From NCBI RefSeq assembly GCF_009834535.1, contig NC_045702.1, positions 7,440,001 through 7,504,000 on the forward strand: 64,000 bases of DNA. The letters run 5' to 3'. The translations under genes were made by a program, and so were the position numbers. The DNA is from Camelus ferus (lineage: Eukaryota). This document shows, one piece after another, positions 35,521-49,200 of the stretch; positions within the stretch are counted from its first letter, which is position 1; each line of letters begins with the position of its first letter. The notes beneath the pieces are model-generated. The model saw only the letters and a list, made by a program, of their open reading frames with translations. It ran no database searches and was not told where the DNA came from.

Positions 35521-37419
35521 AGTGTTCCCTCAGATAGCCTGCTCTGAGAATGAGGGCAGGAGTTGTCAAGGAAGTGTAACTCAACTCCTGTACAACATCC
35601 AGGACTGTCTAGCTCAGTAATTATTAAAACTTAGTATTATGTTGTAATTGTTATCACTACTATTGCTACCACTATTACGTGCCAGTAGGTAATGCTATTA
35701 TCTATTGACTGAGTTGACTATTTCCAGCCTAGGACATTCCCATCCCCATCCTTGCTGCCCTAATTCTGTACTCCTGTTATTTCTGTCTCTCTGCTTCTTC
35801 CACTGACCCTCTTGGTCTCTGGCTCATTAAGCCTGTTATATGAAAGTCCCTCTCTGACCTAAAGTTACCTTACCTGGAGGTGGTGGGTGGCTATCTTTTG
35901 GCTGCCTTTGAAATAGATGTAAACTTTTGCATTTTTGAAAGGGAAGAGAATGAGGAACATAAGCCATTGATGATCCAAGGTCTTTGCCTGTATGCTTTCT
36001 GAAAGGTGGGGGATCTTGGCCTTGGTCTCACTATAGAGTGAAAGGGGACTATGCTGTTTTAATTTAATCTAGTTGTTACCAAAACTATGTCTGTAACAGG
36101 TCCTACGTGGGAAAGCTCAGTGCTCCAGCTGGGGTAACTTTCCACTGATTACCAGACCCAAAGGCAATAGAGAAGAAAGCTCCTCCCCGAAGATAAGGTT
36201 CTTACCTCTGTCCCAGGAATCCAGAGCTCCTCATCTTTACTGTGCCCACAAAGGACCCCAAATAACTCCTGCTCAGCCCAAAAGAAGTCACTGTGCTACC
36301 CAGAGGACAAGCTACATAAAGACAGGTAATTATAATCAAGCCTCTTACTATCTCTGGCTTGGCATCATCAAACACAATAACGAGACTGAATGGTCCATGT
36401 CCCAGGTTTCATCATCAGCCCACCAACCCTCAGCTCACCTAATTTCTTCCTATTGGCCCCCAGGTCCACTTCTCTTCTTACTTTCTCAAATCTTGGCTAC
36501 CTGAAATCAATTATTCAGTCTTCCCTGGACTGCTCCACATTTCTCTCCTTCTTTCTTTTTCTGGAAAAAAAGTTCAACCTTAATGTTTCATGGAAGCTTT
36601 TTGTTTACTTTCTGATTCTCTTTTCTTCTCCCACCATCCAGCATTTAGACCATTCAGTGAAAGCCCTGAGTTTTTACATTCACTATGCCCATTTCTCTTC
36701 AGTCTCCTGGTCCTTGTGTTCGTTCACTTAGTCTTATTTTTATTTCTCGTAACTTAATGTATAATAATAATTATTTCAATCAAACAGTGTTTAGAGACAA
36801 CGCTGGCTAGAGCTGCTTGACCTCAGCCACTGGGATGGGTCACTTGGGAGCCTGGGAGATGGAGGCGGCCCCGCAGGGTCTGCACGCGGGCTCCCCCTGC
36901 AGCCCGCCCAGTGCTCTGCGTTTGGTAGCGACACAGTTGTGGTAGTAGTTGTCCTTAACCCAGGCTTCCTTCATCACGTCTCCCCAGAGAGCCTGAGCAG
37001 TTTGACTGGCAGGGAATCAGCATCAGGTCAGAAGGGGCAAAGAAGGTGCAGGCCTGGGGAAAACTTGGCAGCTGCGAGGGCTCTGAGCCGCCAGCTCCGC
37101 TTCCAACCCCGAATCCCTCGATATCCGCTTCCACCACGGCGAGTCTGACTCCCTCCAGGGATGGAATTGAAAAGACACGCTCCAGAACCCAACAGAGTAA
37201 AATCCTTTGGGTGTTATTGCCACTGTTAAGGAAGCTGGGTTTGAGAATAGAATTCTTCTTTTTTCAGGAGAAAACAAGGAATTTATTTTAAAGCACCCAG
37301 TAAAGTATCAGTCAAATTATCTAACATAATTGCCCAAAGGTACTAATCTTAGTAACTCAGAAAAAAATTAGAATTCTGTTGGATCAGTAATAAAGAATGC
37401 TGAGTTTAGCTCTGGTATT

Positions 37420-37740
37420 TTCTTTTCTTTTTACATTGTGTGAAAATATACTCCACATAAAGCTTACCATAAGCATTTTTACGTGTATAATTCAGTGGCA
37501 TCAAGTACACTCACAATGTCGTACAACCATCATCACTCTCCATTTCCAGAATTTTTCATCACCCCAAATTCAGCACACACTAAACAATAACTCCCTTTTC
37601 CTCACTCCCTCCAACAGTTGGACCTTTATGGTCCTTCCTGTCTCTATTAATTTGCCTTTTCTAGGTGCCACATGTAAGTGGGATCATATAATATCTGTTC
37701 TTTTGTATCTGGATTATTTCATTTAGCATGATGTCTTTGA
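37420..37740 (-). mobile_element. Old L1M 3' end, antisense
   Basis: ttttacgtgtataattcagtggcatcaagtacactcacaatgtcgtacaaccatc...gggatcatataatatctg. Confidence 0.75.
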
Positions 37741-38512
37741 AAAGGAAGTCCTTATGCATGCTTCCACTTCCCTTTATCACTCTGGTCTCAAAAAATTACA
37801 GCTATTTTTGGAGCTATTGGTGGAGACTTGGGTTTGAATGGAGGTGTCAGTCTGTGAGCCTTGGGCAATAAAGGAGATGTCAGGGTAGAGGCAAAGCAAG
37901 TCTATAAAGAGCAGACTCTCCTTAGAGTTCCAAGTGCACATTTCTTGAGTCCTGGGAGAGCCCCAGTTGAGAGAGAAGACAAGGCAAGAGGATTTCTTCA
38001 GCCAGCCCACAGGGATACCAAGAAATTCAAATAGGAAAATGACAGCTTGTCTCTCTCCTCCAGATGCTGGGGTTTCTCTGTACTGGAGGGTGAATCCTCT
38101 GAGCTCTGGTCTGCTTGGAGAGGTGACATGGAGGTAGGGGCAAAATAGAGGAATTAAGATGCCCAAGTGAGTCCTGCCTCCTAGCTTCTATGTTCTTCCT
38201 CTCCTAATCCACTGGCATCTTTTAGAAATGTATGGAGTGGGAGTGAAAGGGGAAAGTTTGAAATAGGAGGAAGTAGTATGCGGGAAGGGAACAAGAAAGA
38301 GACGACATGGGAAAACCTATCCTCTTGATTGCCTGGCGTCTTCTGTCCTGCCCCATCAAGAGACAGTGGGAAGATACCACCGGTGAGTGTGAGGGGAGCA
38401 TATTGCGTAGAAAAATTGAGATTTAGGCCAAATTCTGCTACTTATTTGTGGTGGGACCTCAGCTTTCTAATGAATAGAAATAGTTCACCTGTTTCTTTTT
38501 GTCATGGGGTGA

Positions 38513-38967
38513 TGTATTAATTTGCTACAGCTGCTGTAACAAAACACTACAAACTGAGTGGCTTAGACAATAGACAATTATTGTCTCGTGGTTCTGGAGG
38601 CTAGAAGTCTGACATTAAAGTGTCAGCAGGGCCATGCTCCCTCTGAAGGCTCTAGTGAAGGAACTGTTCCAGGTCTTTCTCCTAGCTTCTGGTAGGTAGT
38701 TCACTGGCTTGTGACTCCAATGTTCACATGACATTCTTCCTGTGTGTGTGTGTGTGTGTGTGTTCAAAGAAGGCATTCTTTTCATTAGGACAGTAGTCAT
38801 TGAATTAGGGGCCCACCCTACTCCAGTATGACCTCATTGTAACTCAGAGGGTTACATCTACAATGATCCTACCTCCCAAATACAGTCACATTGTAAGTTA
38901 CTGGGGTTGAGAGCTTCATCATATGATTTTTTTTTGGGGTGGGGGAGATACAGTTCAACCCATAACA
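38513..38967. mobile_element. MaLR (MLT1-type) solo LTR with an internal (TG)n
   Basis: TG...CA termini (tgtattaatttgct...cccataaca); gttctggaggctagaagtc core. Confidence 0.85.
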
Positions 38968-40255
38968 TGAATGATTCCATTGTTTTAATTAGCACCTTTC
39001 CTATGGGAACCTCAGCACTGAGGTCTGAAGAGAGATAACCATGCCCCTCCAAGCCACATACCAAGAAGGGAGCATCTTCTGCTCTATCCTGTCCTGTCTG
39101 GTTTCAAAGATGAGTTCCTACACTGTTTCATGGTGGGGGGGTGGGTGGACTCCAGAGCAAGCACTCAGCAAGGCAATCATTCTCTCAGCTCTCACCAACA
39201 TGTCATTTCTCCTGAAACCCTCACTGCAACTTCTTCTTTGTGGACCATTCCATGGGGCCAAGACCACTTTGTGCTGATTGTCATGTTCTTGTTAATGCTT
39301 TTAGATCTCATTTTAGGTTTATCCTGTCTCTCCCCAGAATTTCTAGGCCCCAGGGTAAGGATATCAGGAGCTGTCCAAGGTCCATCTGATAAACAAGTCC
39401 TCAAGTTAACTGGCTGCCACCTGCCTACGCCTCTACCACCCTATGACATCCAGAATATGTGAGCTTGGGTAGAGAAAGAGCCTGTGGGCCAAGTACTGGG
39501 CTTGCCCTGCCAACAAGGCCTCTGCTGGGCAGCCAGAGGGCAGTGTTGGCTCCCTACTACCTGGGAGGATGGAATCCCTGTGGGAACAAAGGTGCTAGAA
39601 ACGAGGGCTGGGGCTGGGACCAACAAGGACTATAAATACAAATCCCTTCCTTAAAAATCACTCCCAGGACTTCCAAACCTTCTCAGGTATACTCAGCTCT
39701 GTCTTAACCCAGGGAGCTTAGAGGGGACTCCCTCTGATAGCTACTTTGTAGAAACAGAACTTTTCTAGGGAGAGAAAAGACAATCAAGTTGGATAAAAGA
39801 GAAGAAAATTACCCAAGGTGCTAAATAACAGTTTCTGTGGGAGGAACACAGAGAATTGTCACAGTGGCTCCAAACAATGACTCATCCAGCCCAGCATTTT
39901 GTTTCAAGGACTGAAATAAAAAGATCATCTGATGGGGAAAATAAAAGATGGGTGGGCAAAAGGCCTTGCGAGATAAGAAAAAATGAGCAGATAAGGTGAA
40001 TGTTATTATTAAATGTTGCTAAAAGGAAGTCTTTGACAATGACTTCAGCCTCTGTGTGGGGTGGGATGGCCTCTAAAAGGCTCCAAAAGCATGCCCATGA
40101 ATAGACTGACAGAAGGACACCTTGAATTTAGGAGTCAAATAGACCTGGGTTGGAATCCTGTCCTCCTGAGCCTCAGTTTTATTGCCTTTACAATGGAAAC
40201 ATTTCTCCCGTGGGACTATTACAGCAATTTCATGAGGTAATATGGTAATATATCA

Positions 40256-40450
<195 letters not shown>

Positions 40451-41159
40451 CTAGGCCAAGGGTGTTTAATCATAATGTGTTTGCTTTTAGTATGGGGGAA
40501 GAGACAACTTCATTTAGGAATATGGAGAAGTCATGAGCAAGAAGGAAGGTGAATGGGAGGAAGAGAAGAAGGAGACGGGAACTGAACAAGTAGGGGGATC
40601 TCTATAGCAGTAAACACTAGGGTGGCCGCACACATTTTCCCATTTGTCTGTCATGGCTAGGAGGAGGAACTTGGTCTCACATCTTAGAAAAGAGCAGGCT
40701 GGAACTCTAACTTCCTCAGAATTCCATGGGTTTCCCAGGAAGAAAAGCCATCCTAACTCTTCCAGGGGAACTCACAAACACCGAGATGGAAAAGTCTAAA
40801 TTTATAGGTAAAATGTGCCAATGTCCTCATGTTTGCCCCTAAATCTGGGAATCCAGAGTTCAGGAGAACACAGTGAGGGGGTAACTCTTCGGCAGAGGTT
40901 GGGTTCCAAATGAATTAGTAGGAACTAGGCTGCTTGAAGAATAAAGAGTTTTACTCTTCCAGGGCCTTAGGACTTTGATTTTATCACTTAGTTTACAATG
41001 GAGAATTTCTAAGCTCTGGGAGCAGGAGACTATTCCAAGGTTAGATCCTCTCTAAATCTCCTACTGCATTTTGGATCAGGATAGCATTGAAATGGCTAAA
41101 ATCCCAAGAAATGACTTGAGGGAAGACCCCCCCAAACCGATGTCATAGTACCTCTTGAA

Positions 41160-42680
41160 ATTGTTGCTATACATGTGAAAGGCAAAATAATAAAGCTCCT
41201 AGAAGATAATATAGGAGAATATCTTTATGACCAAATGCCAGTTACATATATTTAAAAATGCTTAACCTCATTAGAAATCCAGGAAATGCAAATTAGGGCC
41301 CTGATGAGTTACTAGGGCATATCTACCAAAATGATTGGAAATTAAAAAGACCGATAATAAATGTCTGTGAGACTATGGAATAATTAGAACTCTCATGTAC
41401 TGCTGGAGGCAGTCTAAATTGGCACACCCACTTTGGAAAAAGTTTGGCATTATCTACCAAAGTTAGAGATATTTATAACCTATGACCTCTAGATACCCCC
41501 CACAGAAATGTATGTTCCTGAATGTTTATTAATAATAGCTAAAAACTGGACACAGTCCTGTTCCTGACACTATTTCTGTATATTAAACCATTTCAAACTT
41601 AGAAGCATAAAACCACCACTGTTTTTATTGCACTTTTGGATTCTATGGGTCAGGAGTTCAGAAAGGGTTTAGAGGGGATTGCTTGTCTCAGCTCCACAAT
41701 GTCTGTGACCTCTGCTGGGAGACTCAAAGGCTGTGACTCAGTGGTGAGGGGCTGGAATCATCTAAAGGCCTTTTCCTCATCCGTCTGGCTGCCGATGTCA
41801 GCTGTTGGCCAGGAACTCAGCTGAGGCTGTTGACTGTCACACGTGAACGCAGCCTCTCCACGTTGTAATTTAGGCTTTCTCCCAGCGTGGTGGCTGGGTT
41901 CCAAGTGCAGCATCCCCAGAGAACAAGGCGGGAGTGCAAGGCATATTTTATGAAGTGACTTACGAAGTCATTTTTGCTGCACTCTGTTGATTAAGGCAGA
42001 GCAATGGCTTTCAAGGAGAGGGAACATAAATTCCACCTTTTAATGGGAGGAATGTTGAGGTAACTTTGTAAAAAGAACATGTGTGTTCAGAGATATTTCT
42101 TTTTATTTTTAAAAGCTTTGGGGGGGAGGTAATTAGGTTTGTTTATTTGTTTATGTATTTTTAAATGGAGATACTGGAGACTGAACCCAGGACTTTGCAC
42201 ATGCTAAGCACATACTCTACCCCTAAGCTATACCCTCCCCCCTGAAAGATAGTTCTGTGATCATCTTTGGAAAATACAATCTGCCAATATCCATCAACAG
42301 TAGAATGGATAAACCTATTGTGGTATAGTCATTGTGATGGAATATTATACAGCAATGAAGAGGCACAAACAACAGCTACATGAAATAACGTGGATGAATC
42401 TCACCCACATAATGTTGAGCCAAAGAAGCCACATGAAGGAATACATATTGTTTAATTCCAGCTATAAGTTTTTTAAAAAGCAAGCAAAATTATAGTGTTT
42501 TGAGATACATGCTTAAGGAGAGCAGCAATTAATAGGACAGTTTCTGGGGATGCTGGCCATTCATTTTTTTGCCTTGGGTGATAATTACATTGGTGTTCAC
42601 TTTGTGATAGATCATTAAGCTGTGTATTTTGTTTTGGGGGCACTTTCCTGTGTCTTACATTTCACCATAAAAAATGGGTA
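41160..42680 (+). mobile_element. Old L1 3' fragment interrupted by an MLT-type LTR (~41570-42290)
   Basis: L1-like aatgcaaattagggccctgatgag...atccatcaacagtagaatggataa; MLT-like ggattctatgggtcaggagttcag; boundaries approximate. Confidence 0.65.
42110..42243 (-). mobile_element. Vic-1-like SINE copy 5, nested in the LTR
   Basis: gagatactggagactgaacccagg...agctataccctcccccc (reverse complement of the head). Confidence 0.85.
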
Positions 42681-44233
42681 AGAAATTAATCATTAATCTT
42701 CTGGTACTGAGAACTAAGATTATTTGAAAAAGAACTCACTATGAGCTTTAGAAAAGATACCCAGCAAACCAACAGAACATTAAACTCTGTTTCCATCTCT
42801 AAAAATTCTGTTGGGTTATTTGTACTGTATACATGTCTTCTTACCTTGTTATAATCAATAGGCAAAAAGATTTCATGTCCTGTCTTTTATACTGCACTAT
42901 AAAGATAGTTTACATACATGTCATTTTTAAAAGCTACTTGCTATTTCATTGTTTACATATTATAAGTTTTTTTAGCTAGTTTCACATCTTTGGGACTATG
43001 AGTAATTCCAAATTCTCTAGATCATCATCAACAACTTTAGAAGGCTCTTATACATATTTCAGATTATTCTCTATACACGTGGAACCAGTCTACAATGATA
43101 TAAGCAGGTTTAGTGAAAGGTCAGGGTCATGTCAAGTTCACAGAATCTGATTTTAGAGTCTCTCTGTACATCTTCTCTCACCAAAATGGTATGGACTGGG
43201 GAACACCTAAATATTTTTGTCTATTTTGTTCCTGTTGCAGGGACAGAGCTCCAGGCAGGAAATATTTCAAAGGTTTTGTGTTGGGAAAGAGACTACTTTT
43301 TTAAAAACTATGTAAACGTCACATAATCTGTGGTTGTTCAGCCTGTTTCAATTGCAGCATAAAGTAACATCCTATCCTCTGAAGCACCCTAAAGAGAGGA
43401 AACTATTAACTGCTCTCCAACCAACAACAGGATGTAGTATAATATTAGAATTACCTTACCTTTTCATAAAATTGCTTCCTAATGGAATTTATGCCACTCA
43501 TGAATGCATAATACAAAGACTTGGGGTGCAGAGGAAAGAAGAGATTTTCTACTTTCTGATGTCTCTGTGGTTTCATGTGGAATGTGGCTGAAATGGGGGG
43601 TTATTTCACCTGAATACCTTTGGATGAATTAAGCTGGAGGAGATCCAGGAAAGGGTGCCTGAGAAAAATTCGTGGACCACCCTGAAGTCCACCTTGAGTA
43701 GCCTGGGTACCCTTTCAAGCTGCCACCTGAACTCCGGTCTCTTACCTTAGCTCCACCCCTGCTCTTTGACTCCCAGCAAAAGACCTGTCTGCCTGGGATT
43801 CTGCTCTTTTAACGCTGGCAGCCCCACCCCCGTGCATTCCAGCTACCCTGTATCTGTCCCCAAAGCCCAGAGCCCATTTCCCCGCTTGCCCCTGCCTCCC
43901 TCGCCTTCACCACTCATCCTGACCCTGACCTCTTGCTTTGTCTCCTCTTTGTTGCTCTGGCCCCTCAGCTCTGATAGCTGACACTGGCTGCCTAGTGGGG
44001 ACAACGCCAACCCACTCCAAAGACATAGCCTTAGTTTGGATCAGTTTTTGGTTATTTCAGGCTACTGCCCTCCCTGGAAAGGGCCACATCTTCAATCCTG
44101 GGGTCATTGCTTCCACAGAGACTGGTACTGTCTTCTGAAGGCATGCTACCCCGTGATAAAGGTGGTACCATTGGCTGGAGCTTTCCTTAGGCCTTTTTTC
44201 TTAGAGACTTGAGTGTGGCAGGCAGGGTCCGAG

Positions 44234-44374
44234 GTGACAAAACTGGACAGTGGTTAAAGCGGATGGCTGTAGCAGCAGCAAATCAATATACAATTATCTA
44301 AGGCTACTGAAGACCCAGATGCGTTGATTGATGGCATTGAGGAGAATGGAATGAAGGTTGGTCTGGCCATTAAA
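44234..44374 (+). pseudogene. RPE: Decayed processed fragment of ribulose-5-phosphate 3-epimerase (RPE)
   Basis: Translates, with frameshifts, to QWLKRMAVAAANQYT / ATEDPDALIDGIEENGMKVGLAIK* versus recalled human RPE QWVKPMAVAGANQYTFHLEATENPGALIKDIRENGMKVGLAIK. Confidence 0.8.
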
Positions 44375-45027
44375 TGACAACAGGACAGCGAACAAAGTTA
44401 ACTAAAAGTTTTGTAACCATCACCCAAATCATATATTACATCACCAACCATTTCTTCTTGGATACCATCATGAAACGCCTGTTTGCTGGTTGGAGCTCTC
44501 TTTTAATTTGATGCATCTCTGAATCTGGATGAAACATTAAGTTATCTTCCTTATCCATCGTCACATTATTACATCTTTATAAATTCTTTATTATTAATTG
44601 ACTTACTACATAGATAGGGCAAACTGGGAAGAGCACATTATCTTTCTTGGGTTATTATGAATTTTGTTCTGCTATGTGAGGTTTGAGAAATAATGTCTGA
44701 GCCTCAATCACAGGATACATCATTTTTCTTTTTTCTTTTTCTTTTTTTTTAACTGAAGTATAGTCAGTTTACAACGCACCATTTATTTCTGGTGTATAGC
44801 TATTTTTCTTTTCTTTCTTTTTTTAGAAGTAGAATTTGAGTTCTATTTTTCATGTTACAAACTTCTTGTTGTTTCTTAAGATTTAAAAAAATAATGCCTT
44901 ATGTTATCATGCATTCTCATCAAGTTTGGACTACATGAGGCATATAGAAGTAACTTAATTTAAAAACCTACATAGAAGATTCTGGTATCAGATATAATAG
45001 CAAGATTCAAGTTTAATCACCTAGATT

Positions 45028-45240
45028 AGTGCTGTGCAAGACATTAGTCACTAGCCTCAGGTGTTTATTTAAACTTAATTTAAATTAATTAAAGTTAAAT
45101 AACATTAAAAAGTCAGTTCCTCAGATGCACTAGCCACATTTCAAATGCTCATTTGCCCCATGTGGCTGGTGGCTGCTGTGTTGGGCAGAACATATATAGA
45201 AAATTCCCATCACTGCAGAGTTCTTTTGGACAGGGCTGAT
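45028..45240 (-). mobile_element. MER3-like hAT MITE
   Basis: ctagccacatttcaaatgctc...catcactgcagagttcttttggacagggctg is the reverse of the MER3 consensus as recalled. Confidence 0.75.
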
Positions 45241-45295
45241 CCTGACAACTTGGGTTTGTGAGGCTTTTCTTTTAAATAAACATACAGTAAAATGT

Positions 45296-45707
45296 TGTAT
45301 TAGTTAGCTCGGACTCGTCGTAGTAAGATACCACAGTCTNNNNNNNNNNNNNNNNNNNNNNNNNNNNNNNNNNNNNNNNNNNNNNNNNNNNNNNNNNNNN
45401 NNNNNNNNNNNNNNNNNNNNNNNNNNNNNNNNNNNNNNNNNNNNNNNNNNNNNNNNNNNNNNNNNNNNNNNNNNNNNNNNTTCCTCTGTACACCTGCAGA
45501 GAAAGATGGAGGAAAAGAGAGAGAGAGAGAGATCTGGTTTCTCTTCCTTTTCTTATAAGGACCTCAATCCTATTGGATTAGGGAGTGACTCTTATGACCT
45601 CATTTAACCTTAATTACCTCCATAAAGGCCCTGTGTCCAAAAACAGTCACATTGGGGGTCTGGGTTTCAACATATGAATTTTGGGGAACACAATCCAGTC
45701 TATAACA
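45296..45707. mobile_element. MLT1-type solo LTR spanning an assembly gap
   Basis: tgtattagtt...ataccacagtct start; cttataaggacctcaatcctattggattagg...tctataaca end. Confidence 0.75.
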
Positions 45708-45719
45708 AACATTTTTTAA

Positions 45720-48700
45720 AAAGGAGAAGAAGGTGGAGGAGAAGGAAAAGCAGGTCAGAGGCAGATGGTGAGGGCCTCATGTCCTATGCTGAGGAGTTGA
45801 AACTTTATCTGAAGCAGAACAGGAGCCACAGCAATATTAAGGAGGGGTCTATATGACTGAAATGTGCATTTTAGAAAGAACAGCAAGTTAACAGTGTGGA
45901 AGGTGGTTTGAGGTTGGGGGTAGGCTCAGAAGGGTGGAGGCAGGAAGTTATACCAGTGTTGAGTTTGCTCCTGTTTACCCAAAGGGAGCTTGCTGGAGAG
46001 TTGAAAACTGTCTTTGAAGCCTCTGGATTCTACAGGTGCAGATCCAGGATGAGACGGCCACATTTGGTGACCTTAGAAGCAGGCTAGTCAAATGGTTAAG
46101 AACAGACTATGGACAGAAAGTTCAGGGTTCAAATCTGGACTCCATCCCTTATTAGCTATTGACCTAGAGTTGGTTGCTCACCTTTTCTAAGCATTAAATG
46201 TCCTCCTTTGTGGAATGAGATTGACTATATCTACTTCATAAGGTTGTTCTAAGGATTAAATTATGTAACACAGGCATAAGCATTTAGCACAGAGTCTGTG
46301 TAGTGTTTAGTGCTCCATATATTTTGGCCATTGTTACTACAAGGATATATTTCCTAAATTTACTCTCAAAGGAGTACAGGAAATAGAATACTTGTTTATT
46401 TGTTTGAATGACACTTATCTATCTCCAGATTATGTGTTTGTGTGTGTGTGTGTGTTTGTGTGTTCTTGTTCTCCACCACATAGGAACCACATTTAAGGAT
46501 TTCAAAGTCTCTTTCATGTAAAGGCACAGTGAACAGAAGCTTTAGTCACAAGAACTAGTGTCAAATTTCTTCTCTATGAATTACTAGTCCTGTGACTTTC
46601 AACAAACTTCCTACTTGAGCCTATAGTTCCTTACATGTGAAATGAATATGATAATACTTTCCTCTCACTCATTTATTCACAGATATTTACGGAGCAGCTA
46701 TCTGTGCCAGGCATTGCGCTAGGAATTCCACTGTAAGTAAATCAGACACAGTCTGATGACATTTTAGAGGTGAAAGAGACAATGATACTACAATCTCATA
46801 AATCCTCTAACAGACTGAAAGTGGGAGAAAAGACAAAACTAATTCTGCCCTGAGGAAAGGCATTCTTCTCGAAGCCTTCCAGGGGAGGAGTTCTGCTTTC
46901 CAAGTGGAGAGTTGAAGGATGGAAAAATGATAGGCAGTGGGGGTGGGGAGGAGGTCAGAGGGGTGGAAAGAGAGCTCCAGGTAGACAGGAAAGTATGCAT
47001 GGGGGCCTGGAGGCAAAGGAGTGTTGTGTTGAAAGACTGAAACCACATTCACGTGGCTTGTGCAAGGGTAGACCTGTGAGAGAAGAGCTGGTATAGAGAA
47101 ATCACAGGAGGGGCTTAGGAAGCAGGAAGACATGATCAAATCTGCACTTTAGAAATACCACTTAGGCTGCAGTAGGAAGGATGAGTGGGGTACAGGTAAA
47201 GGAAGGCTGGTGTCAGCGACACTATTACAAGCCTAGTGCAGCAATCCAGGGGAAAATATGCCAGGCTTGGCAGGAGGGTATAGCTCAGTGGCAGAGTGCA
47301 TGCTTAGCAGGTACGAGGTCCTGGGTTCAATCCCCAGTATCTCCATTAAAAAAAATAATAATAATATAAATAAATAAATAAACCTAATTACCTCCCTGAC
47401 CCCAAATTTTTTGAAAATTAAAAAAATAAACAAAATATGCCAGGCTTACACAATAGGAGATATTTAATAATAATCATAGCAAATTTAACACATATATCCA
47501 GGCAGTGTTCTATGTGTTTAGCATCTGACACATACAGTCTTCAAAATCAGAACAACCCTAGGACGTAGGCCCTATTATTATCTTTATTTTTACAGATGAG
47601 AAATCCATGGAACAGAGACACCACGTAACCTGCTCAAGGTTATACCGTGTGGAGATGTGAACCCAGGCATTCTTGCTCCAGGGCCTAGGTGCTAGACTGG
47701 CTACTGGAGATCTAACAGATTTCAGGGATTGCCTAAGAATTAAGGAATGAAGGAGAGGGAGGAGTCACAGATGATCTCTAGATTTTTGGCTTGTAGCAGG
47801 GTAGCTTTTGGTACCATTATTTGGGTTGAGACACGTGCTAGGAAAGAACAGGTTTGGGAGGAAAGATAATGAATTCCTTGTGAGAAATGTTTAATTTTTT
47901 TTTTTTTTGATGTGTTGAATTTGAATTCCCCAAATGACAGCCATGGGCAGATATGCAGAGTATTATTGTACACATGGGTCTGGAGCTCAAGAGTTATTTT
48001 AACAGGAGCTATATATTAGGGAATCATTAGCGTGCAGCCATAGGAATGGATTAGATGTCTTGGGAAGAATGTTTTGAACTAAAAAAGAAGATACTTTGAG
48101 AAGAACCCAGAGGAACATCAGTATTGAGGGATAAGCAAAAGAAGAGTCACAATTCACAATGGAGATGAGGAGGAATAGCTAGAGAGACGGTGAAATACAA
48201 GGAATATGGGAAAGAAAGGGGCATTTCAAGGAGTACAGTGTCAAATGTGATGGAAAGCTAGGCAAAGGGACCACCAAATGTGAAAAGTGCCCATTGAATG
48301 TACTTACCAGGAAGTCATTTGTGACTTTGGAGAGAACAGTTTCAGTAAATTCATAAAAACAATAGTCAGGGTGCAGTGGGCTAGGGACTGAATGCAGGGT
48401 GAGGATGTGGAGGCAAAAAAGATATAGAATTTCACCAAGAGGGTTTGCCTAGGAAGGGAGGAGAGCGATCTGGAGAGGGATGTGGAGTAAAGGAAAGATT
48501 TATTCAGTTAAATTATTTTTACTATGCAAGACATTTGAGAATATTTAAATACTAATGAGAAGAGTCTAGGATAAACTGGCTGTGAAAACAGGAGGGTGAC
48601 TTATCTGTTAGAGAGTCCTTGAGAAGGTGGAGGGGGAGGAACCAAAACATAGATGGAGAGTTTAGCCTAAGCAGTAGGAAGTTCTTTCTTTGTTACAAGG

Positions 48701-48860
48701 GAGAATAAGAGAGGAATGAGAAGGAAGATAAGTTTTTAGATCTTGCAGTGGGAAATAGAGGGAGTTTTTAGTGGTTTTTATTATCTCTCCAAAGTAGGAG
48801 GCCTTATCACTATTGGAGAGTGTGGGAGACAGTGGAGTTGGAGTTACGAGGAAAACAGAG
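45720..48860. mobile_element. Degenerate L2 and MIR fragments
   Basis: L2-like ggagccac...atgtgcattttagaaag...ttgaatttgaa...ggtctggagctcaagag; MIR-like pieces; boundaries approximate. Confidence 0.55.
47269..47431 (+). mobile_element. Vic-1-like SINE copy 6 (best preserved)
   Basis: Intact A-box TAGCTCAGTGG and B-box GGTTCAATCCC; perfect 16-bp TSD aaaatatgccaggctt at 47253-47268 and 47432-47447. Confidence 0.9.
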
Positions 48861-48884
48861 AAGCTTTAAAACAGGCCCAGGGAT

Positions 48885-49200
48885 TTTTAGAGCAGTGAAA
48901 ATACTCTGTGTGATACTGTGATGGATGGATATATGTCCATTATACATTTGTCCAAACCCATAGAATGTGCAACATCAAGAGTGAATCCTAATGTCAACTG
49001 TGGACTTTGAGTGATTATGATGTGTCAGTGTAGATTCAGCAACTGTGACAAATGTACCCTTCTTGTGAGGGATGTTGATAAAGAGGGAGACTATGCATGT
49101 GTGGGAGCAGGGAGTGTATGGGAAATCTCTGCACGTTCCCCTCAATATTGCTGTGAACCTAAAACTGCTCTAAAAAACAGTCTTCATTAAACAACAACAA
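48885..49200 (+). mobile_element. L1MB/MC-type 3' end
   Basis: cattatacatttgtccaaacccatagaatgtgcaacatcaagagtgaatcc...gctgtgaacctaaaactgctctaaaaaa. Confidence 0.8.

Noticed and set aside
42685-42697. Near-perfect HNF1 palindrome ATTAATCATTAAT
   Set aside because: Single AT-rich motif at an L1 edge, 15 kb from PAX4; no supporting cluster
45300-45339. CpG-rich odd sequence before an N gap
   Set aside because: Matches the 5' end of an MLT1 LTR and is probably low-quality contig-end sequence
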